DNA from: Bryobacteraceae bacterium
Lineage (GTDB): Bacteria > Acidobacteriota > Terriglobia > Bryobacterales > Bryobacteraceae
Direction of reading: 5' to 3'
Assembly (NCBI GenBank): GCA_035496735.1
Contig: DATJEI010000135.1
Coordinates: 4,735 to 68,734 of the forward strand
DNA: 64,000 nucleotides
Part shown: piece after piece, positions 19,873 to 29,507 of the stretch
Position numbering within the stretch: position 1 is the stretch's first letter
Layout of the letters: every line of letters starts with the position of its first letter
Program-made: the position numbers and the translations under genes
The notes under the pieces: model-generated
Seen by the model: only the letters and a program-made list of their open reading frames with translations
Database searches by the model: none
Told to the model about the DNA's origin: nothing

Positions 19873-21175
19873 TTTTCAGGAACAGCGCCGCCGCAATCAA
19901 ACATAGCGCGCACGTGATGAAGAAAGGCGCATTCCAGCCATAATCTCTCGCCGCATACGTGACCACTGCCGCTGAAATCGCGCCGCCGATGTTGCCCAGA
20001 GTGTTCATCACCGCCGAAACGGAGCCGGCGAAATCGCCCCCGATATCGAGCGTCACCGCCCAGGAAATTCCCACAGTCCATTCGAGACTGAAGAAGGCCG
20101 CGCAGTAAAACGCTACGGATACCTGAGGATCGCGCGCCAACACTGCCGGAATCGTGGCCGCGGCGGAAACCAGAAAACCCGCAATCGCCACCCAGCGGCG
20201 TGCCAGATTCACGTTGCTGGTCCGCTTCAGCACGCGATCTGAACACCATCCGCCCAGCAGATCCCCCAGCGTCCCTGCAAACAACGGCAAACTCGCATAG
20301 ATGCCCATCTTCGCCAGCGTCATGCCGCGCGAATCGTGCAGATAGGTCGGAAACCAATCGTTATAGACATTGAGATTGAAGTTGTAGCAGAAGTACATCA
20401 CCGAAAGAATCCACAGATTGGGGTGGGTGAGAATCTGGCGCCACGGAATATCAGTGGCACGTTTCCGCCCGGACCCGATCAGCTCGCGTTCGGCCGCATT
20501 GACGCTGCGGTGCTCTTCCGGCGTGTCGCGATAGTAGAAATACCAGACCGCGGACCATGCCACGCCCAGCAATCCAAAAAGCAGAAATGCCGCGCGCCAG
20601 CCAAACATGGGGATGAAACCGCTCCAATGCAAGCCGTAAATCGTGAAGCCTGCCAGTACCAGCGGCGTCAGCGCCGCGCCTAAGCGTGATCCGGCGTGCG
20701 TGACGCCCTGTGCGAAACCTCGCTCCGTCGGCCGCATCCAGCGCGAAAGGGAACGCGTGGCGATGGGGAACGCGCCGGCCTCGCCCAGCCCAAAGAATAT
20801 TTGAATCACCAGCATCGAAACCGCGTTCCACGCCAGCGCCGTGATCCCCGTGAAGATGCTCCACCATGTGACCACCGCCGTCAACGCCCGGCGGGCGCCA
20901 AAACGGTCGCCCAACCAGCCGCCGGGCAGTTGAAACAGCGCGTAGGCGATGCGGAAACTAAACGTGATCCACCCCATCATCACCAGCGAGATTCCAAGTT
21001 CGTCGCGAATCGCGGGACGCGCTACGGCCAGAATCTGGCGGTCCATGTAAGTGATCATGTACGCCGCTACCGTCAGGCCCAGAACCGCGTGGCGTACGCG
21101 GGTAGGGCGCTCGCCGGAAGGCCTCCCGCTGTGGGGAGCGCTCTGCATCAGAGGATGGGGAGGAGGTACGGCCAC
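19847..21175 (-). CDS. MFS transporter, anion:cation symporter (hexuronate/galactonate-like) type
   Basis: 12-TM-like protein of 442 aa with MDRQILAVARP and LPGGWLGDRFGARR (the MFS loop 2-3 motif). Confidence 0.9.
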   Translation of the reverse strand: MAVPPPHPLMQSAPHSGRPSGERPTRVRHAVLGLTVAAYMITYMDRQILAVARPAIRDELGISLVMMGWITFSFRIAYALFQLPGGWLGDRFGARRALTAVVTWWSIFTGITALAWNAVSMLVIQIFFGLGEAGAFPIATRSLSRWMRPTERGFAQGVTHAGSRLGAALTPLVLAGFTIYGLHWSGFIPMFGWRAAFLLFGLLGVAWSAVWYFYYRDTPEEHRSVNAAERELIGSGRKRATDIPWRQILTHPNLWILSVMYFCYNFNLNVYNDWFPTYLHDSRGMTLAKMGIYASLPLFAGTLGDLLGGWCSDRVLKRTSNVNLARRWVAIAGFLVSAAATIPAVLARDPQVSVAFYCAAFFSLEWTVGISWAVTLDIGGDFAGSVSAVMNTLGNIGGAISAAVVTYAARDYGWNAPFFITCALCLIAAALFLKIDATKRVA

Positions 21176-21185
21176 AAAGGAGTGA

Positions 21186-24080
21186 TCATACCACTTCCAA
21201 CAAACTGCGGATCAAGACCGCGGGATGCACGCCCGTGGCGCCAGCCAGATCCGCCACTTGATGCCGGCATGAAGTGCCCACCGCCACCAGCGCCTCGCCG
21301 GCCTTCATCGCCCTCACCGCAGGCAGCAACTTGCGGTTCGCGATGGCTACCGACACATCATAGTGATCCTTCGAATAGCCAAACGACCCAGCCATGCCGC
21401 AGCACCCCGCATCCAGATCCACCACACTGCATTCGGGAATGCGCCCCAGCAGCTTCTTGGTCGATTCCAGCAGTCCCATCGACTTTTGATGACAGTGCCC
21501 GTGCAGCAGGATTTTCGACGGCCCTTTGCGGATCGGCAGGTCCAGCGTTCCCGCGAACTCTTCCCACAACAGCACTGCGCCGGCTACCGCACGGGCCTTC
21601 TGCTGCTGTTCACCGCGCAGCAGCGATGCCGCGTCTTCCTTCAGCACCGAAAGGCAGCTCGGTTCACAAAACAGGATCTTGTCCCCGTGCGCCGCAATCG
21701 GGTAAAGCCCTTCCACCAACTGCCCGACCTGTGCGCGAGCCTCACTCAACAGCCCCTTTGAGATCATCGGCCGTCCGCAGCACCCCGGCCTGACTACGTC
21801 GACGCTGCATCCCCCGCGCTCCAGAACTTCCACCGCCGCCACGCCGATCTCCGGATCGTAGTGATTGGTAAAAGTGTCATTGAAGAGCGTAATGCGCCGC
21901 CCGCTCCCCTGCGCGCGTGCCGTCCTCCCCGCGACCCGCCCATTCACCCAGTGCCCGAAGGTCTTGCGACGCCACTCCGGCAACTTACGGCGCGGGTCCA
22001 GCCCTAGCAGCTTCTTGTTAAGCGCCGTGCCCGCTACCCAATTCGAGATCGGCGCGAACGCACTGCCCAGCTTCGCCAGATTCGCCGTGTTTCCCAGCGC
22101 GCGCGCGTGCACCGGCGTCCCATGACGCGAATAATAATCTGCCAGGAACTCGCTCTTATAGCGCGCCATGTCGACGCCCACCGGGCACTCCGCCTTACAG
22201 GCGCGGCATTCGAGACACAAATCGAGAGCCCTGTGGACCCCGTCGTCGCCCAGGCCCGCCTCGCCCTCAATTTGACCGCTCATCGCGAGCCGCAGGACAT
22301 TCGCGCGCCCGCGCGTCGAATCCGATTCTTCCCGCGTCGCCATATACGACGGGCACATCGTGCCGGAAAGCTTTTTGCGGCACGCCCCTACGCCGCTGCA
22401 CATTTCAACCGCGCCGCCCAGGCCGCCGTATTCCGAGTAATCGAACCAGGTTTTTGGATTCGGCGTCTTATATCCGCCGCCGAAGCGCAGGTTCGAAGTC
22501 ATCGGCGGCGAATCCACGATCTTGCCCGGATTGAAAATGCCGTGCGGATCGAAAGTACGCTTGACTTCGCGAAACGCTTCGTACAACGTATCGCCGAACA
22601 TCTGCCGCATGAAAGGACCGCGCACCAGGCCGTCGCCATGCTCCCCCGACAGCGCACCGCCGAATTCGAGCACCAGCTTCGCCACGTCATTGGCGATGGC
22701 CTCGAACTGCCGCACGCCCTCTTCGGTCTTCATGTTGATCACCGGACGCACGTGCAGACAGCCTACCGACGCGTGCGCATAAACTCCCGCCGTGGTGTTG
22801 TGCCCGCGCACCAGCTCCATGAATCGTCCGATAAACGGGCTCAGTTTTTCCGGCGCCACCGCCGTGTCCTCGACGAATGAAATCGATTTCGCGTCGTCCT
22901 TCATCGCGGTCGAAAGGCCCAGCGCCGATTCGCGCAGGCTCCAGACGCGAGCTTGCCCAGCAAGGTCAGTCTCGGTGTGATAGTGATAGCCGAGCTTCCG
23001 TCCCCGCAGGTCTTCTTCCAGCGCCTGCATGCGCGGCGGCAGGTCTTCTTTTTGATCGGCGTACATTTCGACGCACAGCGTCGCACCCGGATCGCCCGAA
23101 ACATAGGTATTGCGAATTTTGTCGAGCGTCGCGTTCTGGCGCGTGAAATCCAGGATGTGCTTGTCCATCACCTCCACCGCCGAAGGCTTGTGCTTCAGGA
23201 TCACCGGCGCCGCCGTCAGCGACTCCAGCAATTGCTCGAAGCCGATCACCATAACCGCTTTGGCCTTCGGCAGCGGCACCAGGTTGAGCTTAGCTTCGAG
23301 CACCACGCCCAGCGTGCCTTCCGACCCCACCATGATCTTCGCCAGATTGACCGGCTTATCCTGATCGACAAAATCGTTCAGGTTGTAGCCGCCCACGCGA
23401 CGCACCACCTTGGGATAACGCCGGTCGATTTCATCCGCGTGTTCGCCAGCCAGCCCCAGCACCGCGCGGTAACAGGCCGCTTCGAGCGTATCGCCCACCG
23501 GCACCTCGCTGCGCGGGATCTCGCGAAAATGCACGACACTGCCGTCCGAGAGCAGCACCGTCTGCTCCAGCACATGGTCGATGGTCTTGCCGTAAAGCAC
23601 ACTGCGCGCGCCGCAGGAATTGTTGGCCATCATCCCGCCGATGGTGGCGCGGCTGGCGGTGGAGATATCCGGCGCGAAGCGCAGCCCCAGCGGAGCCATC
23701 TGCGCATTCAGTTCATCCAGCACGATGCCCGGCTCGACCCGCGCCCACCGCTCCTGCGCATTCACTTCCAGCAGACGGTTGTAGTATTTCGACGTGTCGA
23801 CTTGAATCCCTTCGCCGATTGCTTGCCCCGCCTGCGACGTTCCCCCGCCCCGCATCGTAATGGGGCATCGATAGCGCCCGCAAATATCCACCACGCGAAC
23901 GATGTCCGCGCGCGTCTTCGGGATGACAACCCCCAGCGGCCGAATCTTATACACGCTGGCGTCAGTCGAATAGAGCGCGCGCGATACCGGGTCGAAACGT
24001 ACTTCGCCTTCGAGCTGTTTACGGAGTTCACCCTCGAGAGCGCTCGCGTCGATTCGCGGTTCTAACTGCACCAGGCTCAT
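21186..24080 (-). CDS. FAD-linked oxidase fused to an Fe-S/CCG domain (YdiJ/GlcD-GlcF fusion type, D-2-hydroxyacid dehydrogenase-like)
   Basis: N-terminal FAD_binding_4-like segment (MRGGGTSQAGQ), two 4Fe-4S Cys clusters (CSGVGACRKK...CPSY; CLECRACKAECP), and CCG motifs (CCGRP, CCGMAGSFG). 964 aa. Confidence 0.9.
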   Translation of the reverse strand: MSLVQLEPRIDASALEGELRKQLEGEVRFDPVSRALYSTDASVYKIRPLGVVIPKTRADIVRVVDICGRYRCPITMRGGGTSQAGQAIGEGIQVDTSKYYNRLLEVNAQERWARVEPGIVLDELNAQMAPLGLRFAPDISTASRATIGGMMANNSCGARSVLYGKTIDHVLEQTVLLSDGSVVHFREIPRSEVPVGDTLEAACYRAVLGLAGEHADEIDRRYPKVVRRVGGYNLNDFVDQDKPVNLAKIMVGSEGTLGVVLEAKLNLVPLPKAKAVMVIGFEQLLESLTAAPVILKHKPSAVEVMDKHILDFTRQNATLDKIRNTYVSGDPGATLCVEMYADQKEDLPPRMQALEEDLRGRKLGYHYHTETDLAGQARVWSLRESALGLSTAMKDDAKSISFVEDTAVAPEKLSPFIGRFMELVRGHNTTAGVYAHASVGCLHVRPVINMKTEEGVRQFEAIANDVAKLVLEFGGALSGEHGDGLVRGPFMRQMFGDTLYEAFREVKRTFDPHGIFNPGKIVDSPPMTSNLRFGGGYKTPNPKTWFDYSEYGGLGGAVEMCSGVGACRKKLSGTMCPSYMATREESDSTRGRANVLRLAMSGQIEGEAGLGDDGVHRALDLCLECRACKAECPVGVDMARYKSEFLADYYSRHGTPVHARALGNTANLAKLGSAFAPISNWVAGTALNKKLLGLDPRRKLPEWRRKTFGHWVNGRVAGRTARAQGSGRRITLFNDTFTNHYDPEIGVAAVEVLERGGCSVDVVRPGCCGRPMISKGLLSEARAQVGQLVEGLYPIAAHGDKILFCEPSCLSVLKEDAASLLRGEQQQKARAVAGAVLLWEEFAGTLDLPIRKGPSKILLHGHCHQKSMGLLESTKKLLGRIPECSVVDLDAGCCGMAGSFGYSKDHYDVSVAIANRKLLPAVRAMKAGEALVAVGTSCRHQVADLAGATGVHPAVLIRSLLEVV

Positions 24081-24181
24081 GGAACCAAAAGATTAACATA
24101 CGAAATCGCTGCCACAGCGCGCCGACGCAACCCGGAATTGACTTTCCTGCCCTCCGGAGCCTGTAATGGAAGCTTGCGATC

Positions 24182-25237
24182 ATGCTCAAATCTGAAATTC
24201 TAACTCCCGCTCTGCTGCTGGACCTGGACGCCTTCGAGGCTAACCTCGCGCGTATGATGGATCGTGTGAAGAGCTCCCGCAAAGCTCTTCGGCCCCACGC
24301 CAAGGCCCACAAATGTGTCGAAATCGCCAAACGCCAACTAGCCGCGGGGGCTTGCGGCGTCTGTGTGGCCACGCTCGCCGAAGCGGAACTGATGGCGAGC
24401 GCGGGCATCGGCGGCATCCTGCTGACCTCGCCCGTAGCGGACCCGGCGAAGATGGCTCGTGTCGTAGAGACCGGCGCCATGGTAGCAGTGGATCACGTCC
24501 AGCAGGTCGAGTGGTACCAGGAAGCCGCCCAGGCCGTCGGCCGTCAGCTCGACATGCTTATCGACCTCGACGTCGGTGACCACCGCACCGGGGCTCGCTC
24601 CACCGCGCAGGCGCTCGAAATCGCGGAGGCCATCGCCCGCTCGGCGAACCTGAATCTGCGCGGCCTCCAAGGATACTCGGCCAAAGGCTCCCATTTGGCC
24701 GGGGAAGAAGGCCAGCGCCTGTCCCGCGCAACGTGGGCCCATGCCGCCGAAGTACGCGACGCGCTAGCCCGCAAAGGCATGCCAACCGACATCGTATCCG
24801 GCGGAAGCACCGGAACCTGGCAAATCGATACCGCGAATCCCGAAATAACCGAGATGCAAGCCGGATCGTTCGTGCTGATGGATCTGGAGTACCGCAAAGC
24901 CGGTGTGGATTTCCCGCAGGTGATCACCGTGCTGGGAACAGTCGTGAGCGCAAATCACCTTAACTTCGTCACCACCGACGCCGGGATCAAATCTTTTTCC
25001 ACCGATCGTGCCTATCCGCCCGAAGCCGCGAACTTACCCGGTTTGACCTATCGCTTCGGTGGCGACGAATTCGGCTACTTGAACGTTGACGACACCCACA
25101 AACTGCCGCGCCTGGGCCAGAAAATCGAATTCATTCCGCCACACTGCGACCCCACGGTGAACCTCTATAACCGCATGTATGCCTGCCGCGGCGATCGCGT
25201 GGAAGCGGTCTGGCCGGTGAAGTCCCTGGCGCTCTAA
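24182..25237 (+). CDS. DSD1-type PLP enzyme (D-threonine aldolase / D-serine dehydratase-like, alanine racemase N-terminal fold)
   Basis: LRPHAKAHKCVEIA (PLP-lysine context) and a 351-aa length typical of the family. Confidence 0.85.
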   Translation: MLKSEILTPALLLDLDAFEANLARMMDRVKSSRKALRPHAKAHKCVEIAKRQLAAGACGVCVATLAEAELMASAGIGGILLTSPVADPAKMARVVETGAMVAVDHVQQVEWYQEAAQAVGRQLDMLIDLDVGDHRTGARSTAQALEIAEAIARSANLNLRGLQGYSAKGSHLAGEEGQRLSRATWAHAAEVRDALARKGMPTDIVSGGSTGTWQIDTANPEITEMQAGSFVLMDLEYRKAGVDFPQVITVLGTVVSANHLNFVTTDAGIKSFSTDRAYPPEAANLPGLTYRFGGDEFGYLNVDDTHKLPRLGQKIEFIPPHCDPTVNLYNRMYACRGDRVEAVWPVKSLAL

Positions 25238-25238
25238 C

Positions 25239-26606
25239 TCAGACTTCAACCACTTCTTCGAATACTTCCGCCCGCAGACGAATCCCGGCGGCCACCAGTT
25301 TTTCGTAGAACTTGGGCCGGATGCCGGTGGCCGCGAAACGCCCGATCACTCTGCCGTCCGGATCGATACCGCGCTTTTCGAACACAAACAGATCCTGCAG
25401 CGTGATGATGTTGCCTTCCATTCCGGTCACCTCCGTGATCCCCGTCACGCGGCGCGAGCCGTCGCTAAAACGAGCGGCCTGAACCAGCAGGTGCACGGCG
25501 CTGGAAATCTGCTGGCGAATGGCGCTTACCTGCATGTTCGCATTGGCCATCGATACCATTACCTCCAGCCGCGAAATCGCGTCACGCGGGGAGTTCGCGT
25601 GAATCGTCGTCAGGGACCCGTCATGGCCCGTGTTCATGGCCTGCAGCATGTCGAGCGCTTCCTCGCCGCGGACCTCGCCCACCACGATACGGTCCGGGCG
25701 CATGCGGAGGCTGTTGATCAATAATTCCCGCTGCCGCACTGCTCCGCCGCCTTCGAGGTTCGCAGGGCGAGTTTCCAGGCGCACCACGTGCGGCTGCTTC
25801 AACTGCAATTCAGCGGCGTCTTCGATCGTGACAATCCGCTCTTTGGCATTGATGAATACCGAAAGCGCGTTCAATAGCGTAGTCTTGCCGGAACCCGTAC
25901 CCCCGGAAATGATGATGTTCAGTTTCGACTTCACCGCCGCTTCCAGCATTTCGATCATGCCCTGGGTCAGCGCCTTGCGCTCCACCAGATCATTGGGCAT
26001 CAGCTTATCGGTCGAAAACCGGCGAATGGATAGAATGGGTCCGTCCACCGCTAGGGGAGGAATGATCGCATTCACGCGCGAGCCGTCGCTCAAACGCGCG
26101 TCCACCATGGGCGTCGATTCGTCGATGCGACGCCCCACCTGGCTGACGATCTTATCGATAATGCGCAGCAGATGCGGATCGTCGCGGAAAGCCACATTGG
26201 TCAGTTCCAACAAGCCGCGCCGCTCCACGTAAACATACTTGGAGGTATTCACCAGAATGTCGGATATGGTGGGGTCTTTCAACAGCGGCTCCAGCGGCCC
26301 CAGCCCAAAAACTTCATCCAGGACCTCATCGCAGATCTGCTGTTTTTCGGTCGAGCTGAGCAGCGTGGGCTCACCGTCGATCAATCCCAGCAGCGCCTGG
26401 CGTACTTCGCTGCGCATCTTCTGGTTGTCGATGCTGGCCAACGCATCCAGGTTGATCTTGTCCACCAGTTTGCGGTGCAGGGTGAATTTCAGTTCCTGGT
26501 ACTCGGGCGTCGGCGTGGTCTTCGGCCGCCCGGATGCTTTAAGGAGCCGGTGCTCCCAGGAAGCCTGCTGCGCGTTCCTATTGCTCTTATCAAGGGTGGA
26601 AAACAT
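25239..26606 (-). CDS. cpaF: CpaF/TadA family type II/IV secretion ATPase
   Basis: Walker [25 protein letters not shown], and His-box region [14 protein letters not shown]. The N-terminal domain is typical of CpaF. Confidence 0.9.
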   Translation of the reverse strand: MFSTLDKSNRNAQQASWEHRLLKASGRPKTTPTPEYQELKFTLHRKLVDKINLDALASIDNQKMRSEVRQALLGLIDGEPTLLSSTEKQQICDEVLDEVFGLGPLEPLLKDPTISDILVNTSKYVYVERRGLLELTNVAFRDDPHLLRIIDKIVSQVGRRIDESTPMVDARLSDGSRVNAIIPPLAVDGPILSIRRFSTDKLMPNDLVERKALTQGMIEMLEAAVKSKLNIIISGGTGSGKTTLLNALSVFINAKERIVTIEDAAELQLKQPHVVRLETRPANLEGGGAVRQRELLINSLRMRPDRIVVGEVRGEEALDMLQAMNTGHDGSLTTIHANSPRDAISRLEVMVSMANANMQVSAIRQQISSAVHLLVQAARFSDGSRRVTGITEVTGMEGNIITLQDLFVFEKRGIDPDGRVIGRFAATGIRPKFYEKLVAAGIRLRAEVFEEVVEV

Positions 26607-26615
26607 GGGAATCCG

Positions 26616-27824
26616 TCAATTTTTGCCGCTCTGCTGCGCGCCATCGGGACGAAATCCGCGGACTTTGCACCGAGTTGCTACAGCGCCGCGGCCCGCTTGG
26701 GAAGTGAAGAGTTTGAAAGCTCTGAAGATCAACTCATCGGCATCCCAAGGCCCCAGCAGGAAATCCCAATTCGGCTCAGGAATCCCGGCTTCGCGGCGCA
26801 ACAGGGTCTCGGCCGAGCCCACAAACAGTATCGGTTTCGGGCTATCCGAGGCCACCTCGCTGTTGGCCCATGAAAAGATTCCCTCGCCCTGGCAAACATT
26901 CACCACTCCGGCGTGAAACGGCAGCAGGGTGTCGTTATCGGGCAGATCCTGGAAGGTGCGGCAGCGCGCCCGCGCATACTGCAGCGCTCGCGTGATGCGC
27001 GCGGCTTCGGCCGCTTCAAAGCCGATCACCGCGAAGCGCTTGTCGCCCAGCAGCTCCCCTACTACCGGCGGCAAATCCGGAGTCTCCCTCCGCCCCCGCA
27101 CAGCTTGCGAAAACAGTTGCCGCATGCCCAGCAATTCCGCGCGCAAACGGCTGACGCATTCCCCGGCGGCGAGCATCGCGCGGGCCTCCCGGTTGCTCCG
27201 GCGCCGCTCGCCCGGATCCGCCAGGTAGTCTTCGATTCCCCGCGCCTTGCGCGCAATCTCGGCGAAACCCAGCATGCCGGCAATGCCAGTCCAGTGGTGT
27301 ACCGTGCGCTGCGCCCGGTCGAGATCCAGCCCTTGCGTCAGGCTTCCCAGCAAGCGGGCGCTCTCTTCCTCGCCTTCCACCAGGAAATTGGACCGCATCT
27401 CCGCCAGCAGGTCGTGGTAATCGCCCGGCTGCAACGCCGGCCGGGCCGCCTGGCGCGCACCCAGGTGCAACTTGACGGTCGCCGGGAGCGTGCGCGTGTC
27501 GACCGGCTTGGTGATATAGCCGCTACAACCCGACGCGTGGGCCCTTTCCTCGTCGCCCGGCATGGTGTAGGCCGTGCAGGCGACTACAATGATGTCGCGC
27601 GTAGCCGGATCCGATTTCAAACGCCGCGTCAGCTCGAAACCGTCGGCGCCCGGCAGTTGCACATCCATCAGGATCAGCCGCGGCCGGAATTCGGCCAGAA
27701 CTTTGGCCACTTCCGGCCCGTCACCCGCGGTGCGGATTTCATAGCCGTCCGGCGCGAGCACCGCCCGCATCAGTTTTAGATTGACCGGGTTGTCGTCGAC
27801 AAGCAGAACCGGATCGCTGCCCAT
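26616..27824 (-). CDS. response regulator receiver - Hpt - degenerate receiver-like fusion protein
   Basis: Canonical REC (LLVDDNP, LILMDVQLPG, ACT, YITKP). Hpt-like segment (VHHWTGIAGMLGF). The C-terminal roughly 160 aa have receiver-like beta/alpha periodicity but no acceptor Asp. It sits 9 nt upstream of cpaF. Confidence 0.8.
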   Translation of the reverse strand: MGSDPVLLVDDNPVNLKLMRAVLAPDGYEIRTAGDGPEVAKVLAEFRPRLILMDVQLPGADGFELTRRLKSDPATRDIIVVACTAYTMPGDEERAHASGCSGYITKPVDTRTLPATVKLHLGARQAARPALQPGDYHDLLAEMRSNFLVEGEEESARLLGSLTQGLDLDRAQRTVHHWTGIAGMLGFAEIARKARGIEDYLADPGERRRSNREARAMLAAGECVSRLRAELLGMRQLFSQAVRGRRETPDLPPVVGELLGDKRFAVIGFEAAEAARITRALQYARARCRTFQDLPDNDTLLPFHAGVVNVCQGEGIFSWANSEVASDSPKPILFVGSAETLLRREAGIPEPNWDFLLGPWDADELIFRAFKLFTSQAGRGAVATRCKVRGFRPDGAQQSGKN

Positions 27825-27949
27825 GCCGGAACATATCGTTTGGGGATGGGAAAGTGTGAAAGAAGAGAGAATCTCAGCCGCTCCCGGAAAATCCCGACGA
27901 GCCTAAAATTAGGCCGCTTTCGCCGATAAGCCACGCAGGGAAGTTTTGC

Positions 27950-29200
27950 ATGCCGACTCAACTTTTTGCTCTGATACTCGAAGACCATCTTGCCGATTTT
28001 GAACTGATTGCGCACGAGCTGGCTCGCTTCGGATTTAGCGCCCGCTGTAAGCGGGTTGAGACTGAGGCCGACTACATCGAGCGGCTCCGGGAAATGCCGG
28101 ATATCGTCCTGGCCAATGATTCGCTGGCGGGCTTGGACAACCTGCGCGCGCTGGAGATTTTGCACCAGTCCGGATTGGTGATCCCCTTTATCGTGCTTAC
28201 CGGCACTTTCGGCGAGGAGCAGGTGGTCGAGTGCATGCAGAAGGGCGCTACCGACTATCTGCTGAAGGATCGCATTTTGCGGCTGGGACCGGCGGTGGAG
28301 CGGGCGCTTGAAGAAGGCGAGCTGCGCCGCCGGAAAATTGCGGCGGAGGAAGCTTTGCGGCGCCACAACCTCCAGCTCGAAGAGCAATATCACCGGGCGC
28401 AGGCCGCCAGCCGCATGAAGAGCATCTTTCTCGCGAATATGTCGCACGAATTGCGCACGCCGCTCACCGCCGTCATTGGTTTCGCGGAGTTGCTGGTCGA
28501 CGGCAAGGTCGGGCCGCTCGCTCCCCAGCAACTGGATTTCACGCGCGACATTCTGGCCAATGGCAAGCATTTGCTCAGCCTGATTAACGATGTGCTGGAT
28601 CTCGCCCGGGTCGAATCCGGCAGCATGGCTTTCCATCCCGAACGGCTGTGTCTGCCGGACCTGATTCGGGAAACCATCGCGGGTTTTAGGCTACAGGCGT
28701 CCGAGCGCAATATAACCCTCACCACCGACGTGCAGATGTCCGCGATCGAAGTCTTCCTCGATCCCCGGAAATTAAAGCAGGTGCTGCTCAATTATGTTTC
28801 CAACGCTCTCAAATTCACTCCTTCCGGCGGCCGCGTCACCGTGCACGCTCGCTTTGAGGAGGGGTCCACCTTTCGCCTCGAAGTAGAAGACACCGGCATG
28901 GGAATCGCGGCCCGCGATATCGGCCGTCTGTTTCAGGATTTTCAGCAACTGGGCGGCGGCCTTTCGGAGGACGTCCAGGGCACCGGCCTGGGGCTGGCTC
29001 TCACCAAGCGGCTGGTTGAGGCGCAGGGCGGCAAAGTCGGGGTGGTCAGCCAGTCCGGCCAGGGCAGCAGATTCTATGCGGACTTGCCGTGTTCCGCCGA
29101 GTGGATGCAGACCGATCTGAGCCGCCTTCACCAAGTTGCCGCCGTCCATCCCGAGGCGGAGTACTCCGAGACCGAACCGCAGGTCGCCGGAGCTTCCTAA
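27950..29200 (+). CDS. soluble histidine kinase with an N-terminal receiver domain (REC-HisKA-HATPase_c)
   Basis: H-box SHELRTPLTAVIGFAELL, N-box NYVSNALKFT, G-boxes EDTGMGIA and GTGLGLALTKRLVE. No TM segment and no sensor-sized domain between REC and HisKA. Confidence 0.9.
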   Translation: MPTQLFALILEDHLADFELIAHELARFGFSARCKRVETEADYIERLREMPDIVLANDSLAGLDNLRALEILHQSGLVIPFIVLTGTFGEEQVVECMQKGATDYLLKDRILRLGPAVERALEEGELRRRKIAAEEALRRHNLQLEEQYHRAQAASRMKSIFLANMSHELRTPLTAVIGFAELLVDGKVGPLAPQQLDFTRDILANGKHLLSLINDVLDLARVESGSMAFHPERLCLPDLIRETIAGFRLQASERNITLTTDVQMSAIEVFLDPRKLKQVLLNYVSNALKFTPSGGRVTVHARFEEGSTFRLEVEDTGMGIAARDIGRLFQDFQQLGGGLSEDVQGTGLGLALTKRLVEAQGGKVGVVSQSGQGSRFYADLPCSAEWMQTDLSRLHQVAAVHPEAEYSETEPQVAGAS

Positions 29201-29310
29201 AACGGCGCGGCCCTCACATTCCCGCGGTGGCTGCCGAAGAGGCAAAGGTAGCTGGCTGGGTTTCTCGTAAAGACGGTTTCCGGTAAGGAACCAGGTCGCG
29301 GCATAGAACG

Positions 29311-29421
29311 GCCGGAGAAAGTCGGTGGAGAAGAACGCCGGAGACGGACGCCGGAGAAGGATGCCGGGGAAGTCGAGAAGGAAGCCGAGAAGAACGTTGG
29401 AGAAGTACACCGAAGAAGGAC
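29311..29421 (+). repeat. tandem array of nine degenerate 12-13 nt purine-rich units (consensus GCCGGAGAAGRAC)
   Basis: Units read directly from the sequence: gccggagaaagtc, ggtggagaagaac, gccggagacggac, gccggagaaggat, gccggggaagtc, gagaaggaa, gccgagaagaac, gttggagaagtac, accgaagaaggac. The array is intergenic and ends 87 nt upstream of the GTG at 29508. Confidence 0.85.
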
Positions 29422-29507
29422 TATAGGCCGCAACAGCGCCGGCCCGCAACGGTCAAGCGCCGAAACACCCGGATGGCTCGACATAGCCCCGATCGCGAGG
29501 AGACGCA

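Noticed and set aside
22953-24065. 370-aa plus-strand ORF (and 22107-22880, 20696-21793) opposite the YdiJ-like and MFS genes
   Set aside because: Low-complexity Arg/His-rich translations that lie antisense to genes with strong family motifs.
27776-28636. 286-aa minus-strand ORF opposite the histidine kinase (also 28772-29449 and 29421-30029)
   Set aside because: Shadow frames. The plus-strand frames contain the H, N and G boxes and the receiver/ParA motifs.
29311-29421. Possibility that the tandem repeat array is a CRISPR array or a coding repeat
   Set aside because: The units are only 12-13 nt and contiguous, with no spacers. The period is not a multiple of 3, and only shadow ORFs cover the region. 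It is therefore reported as a non-coding tandem repeat instead.
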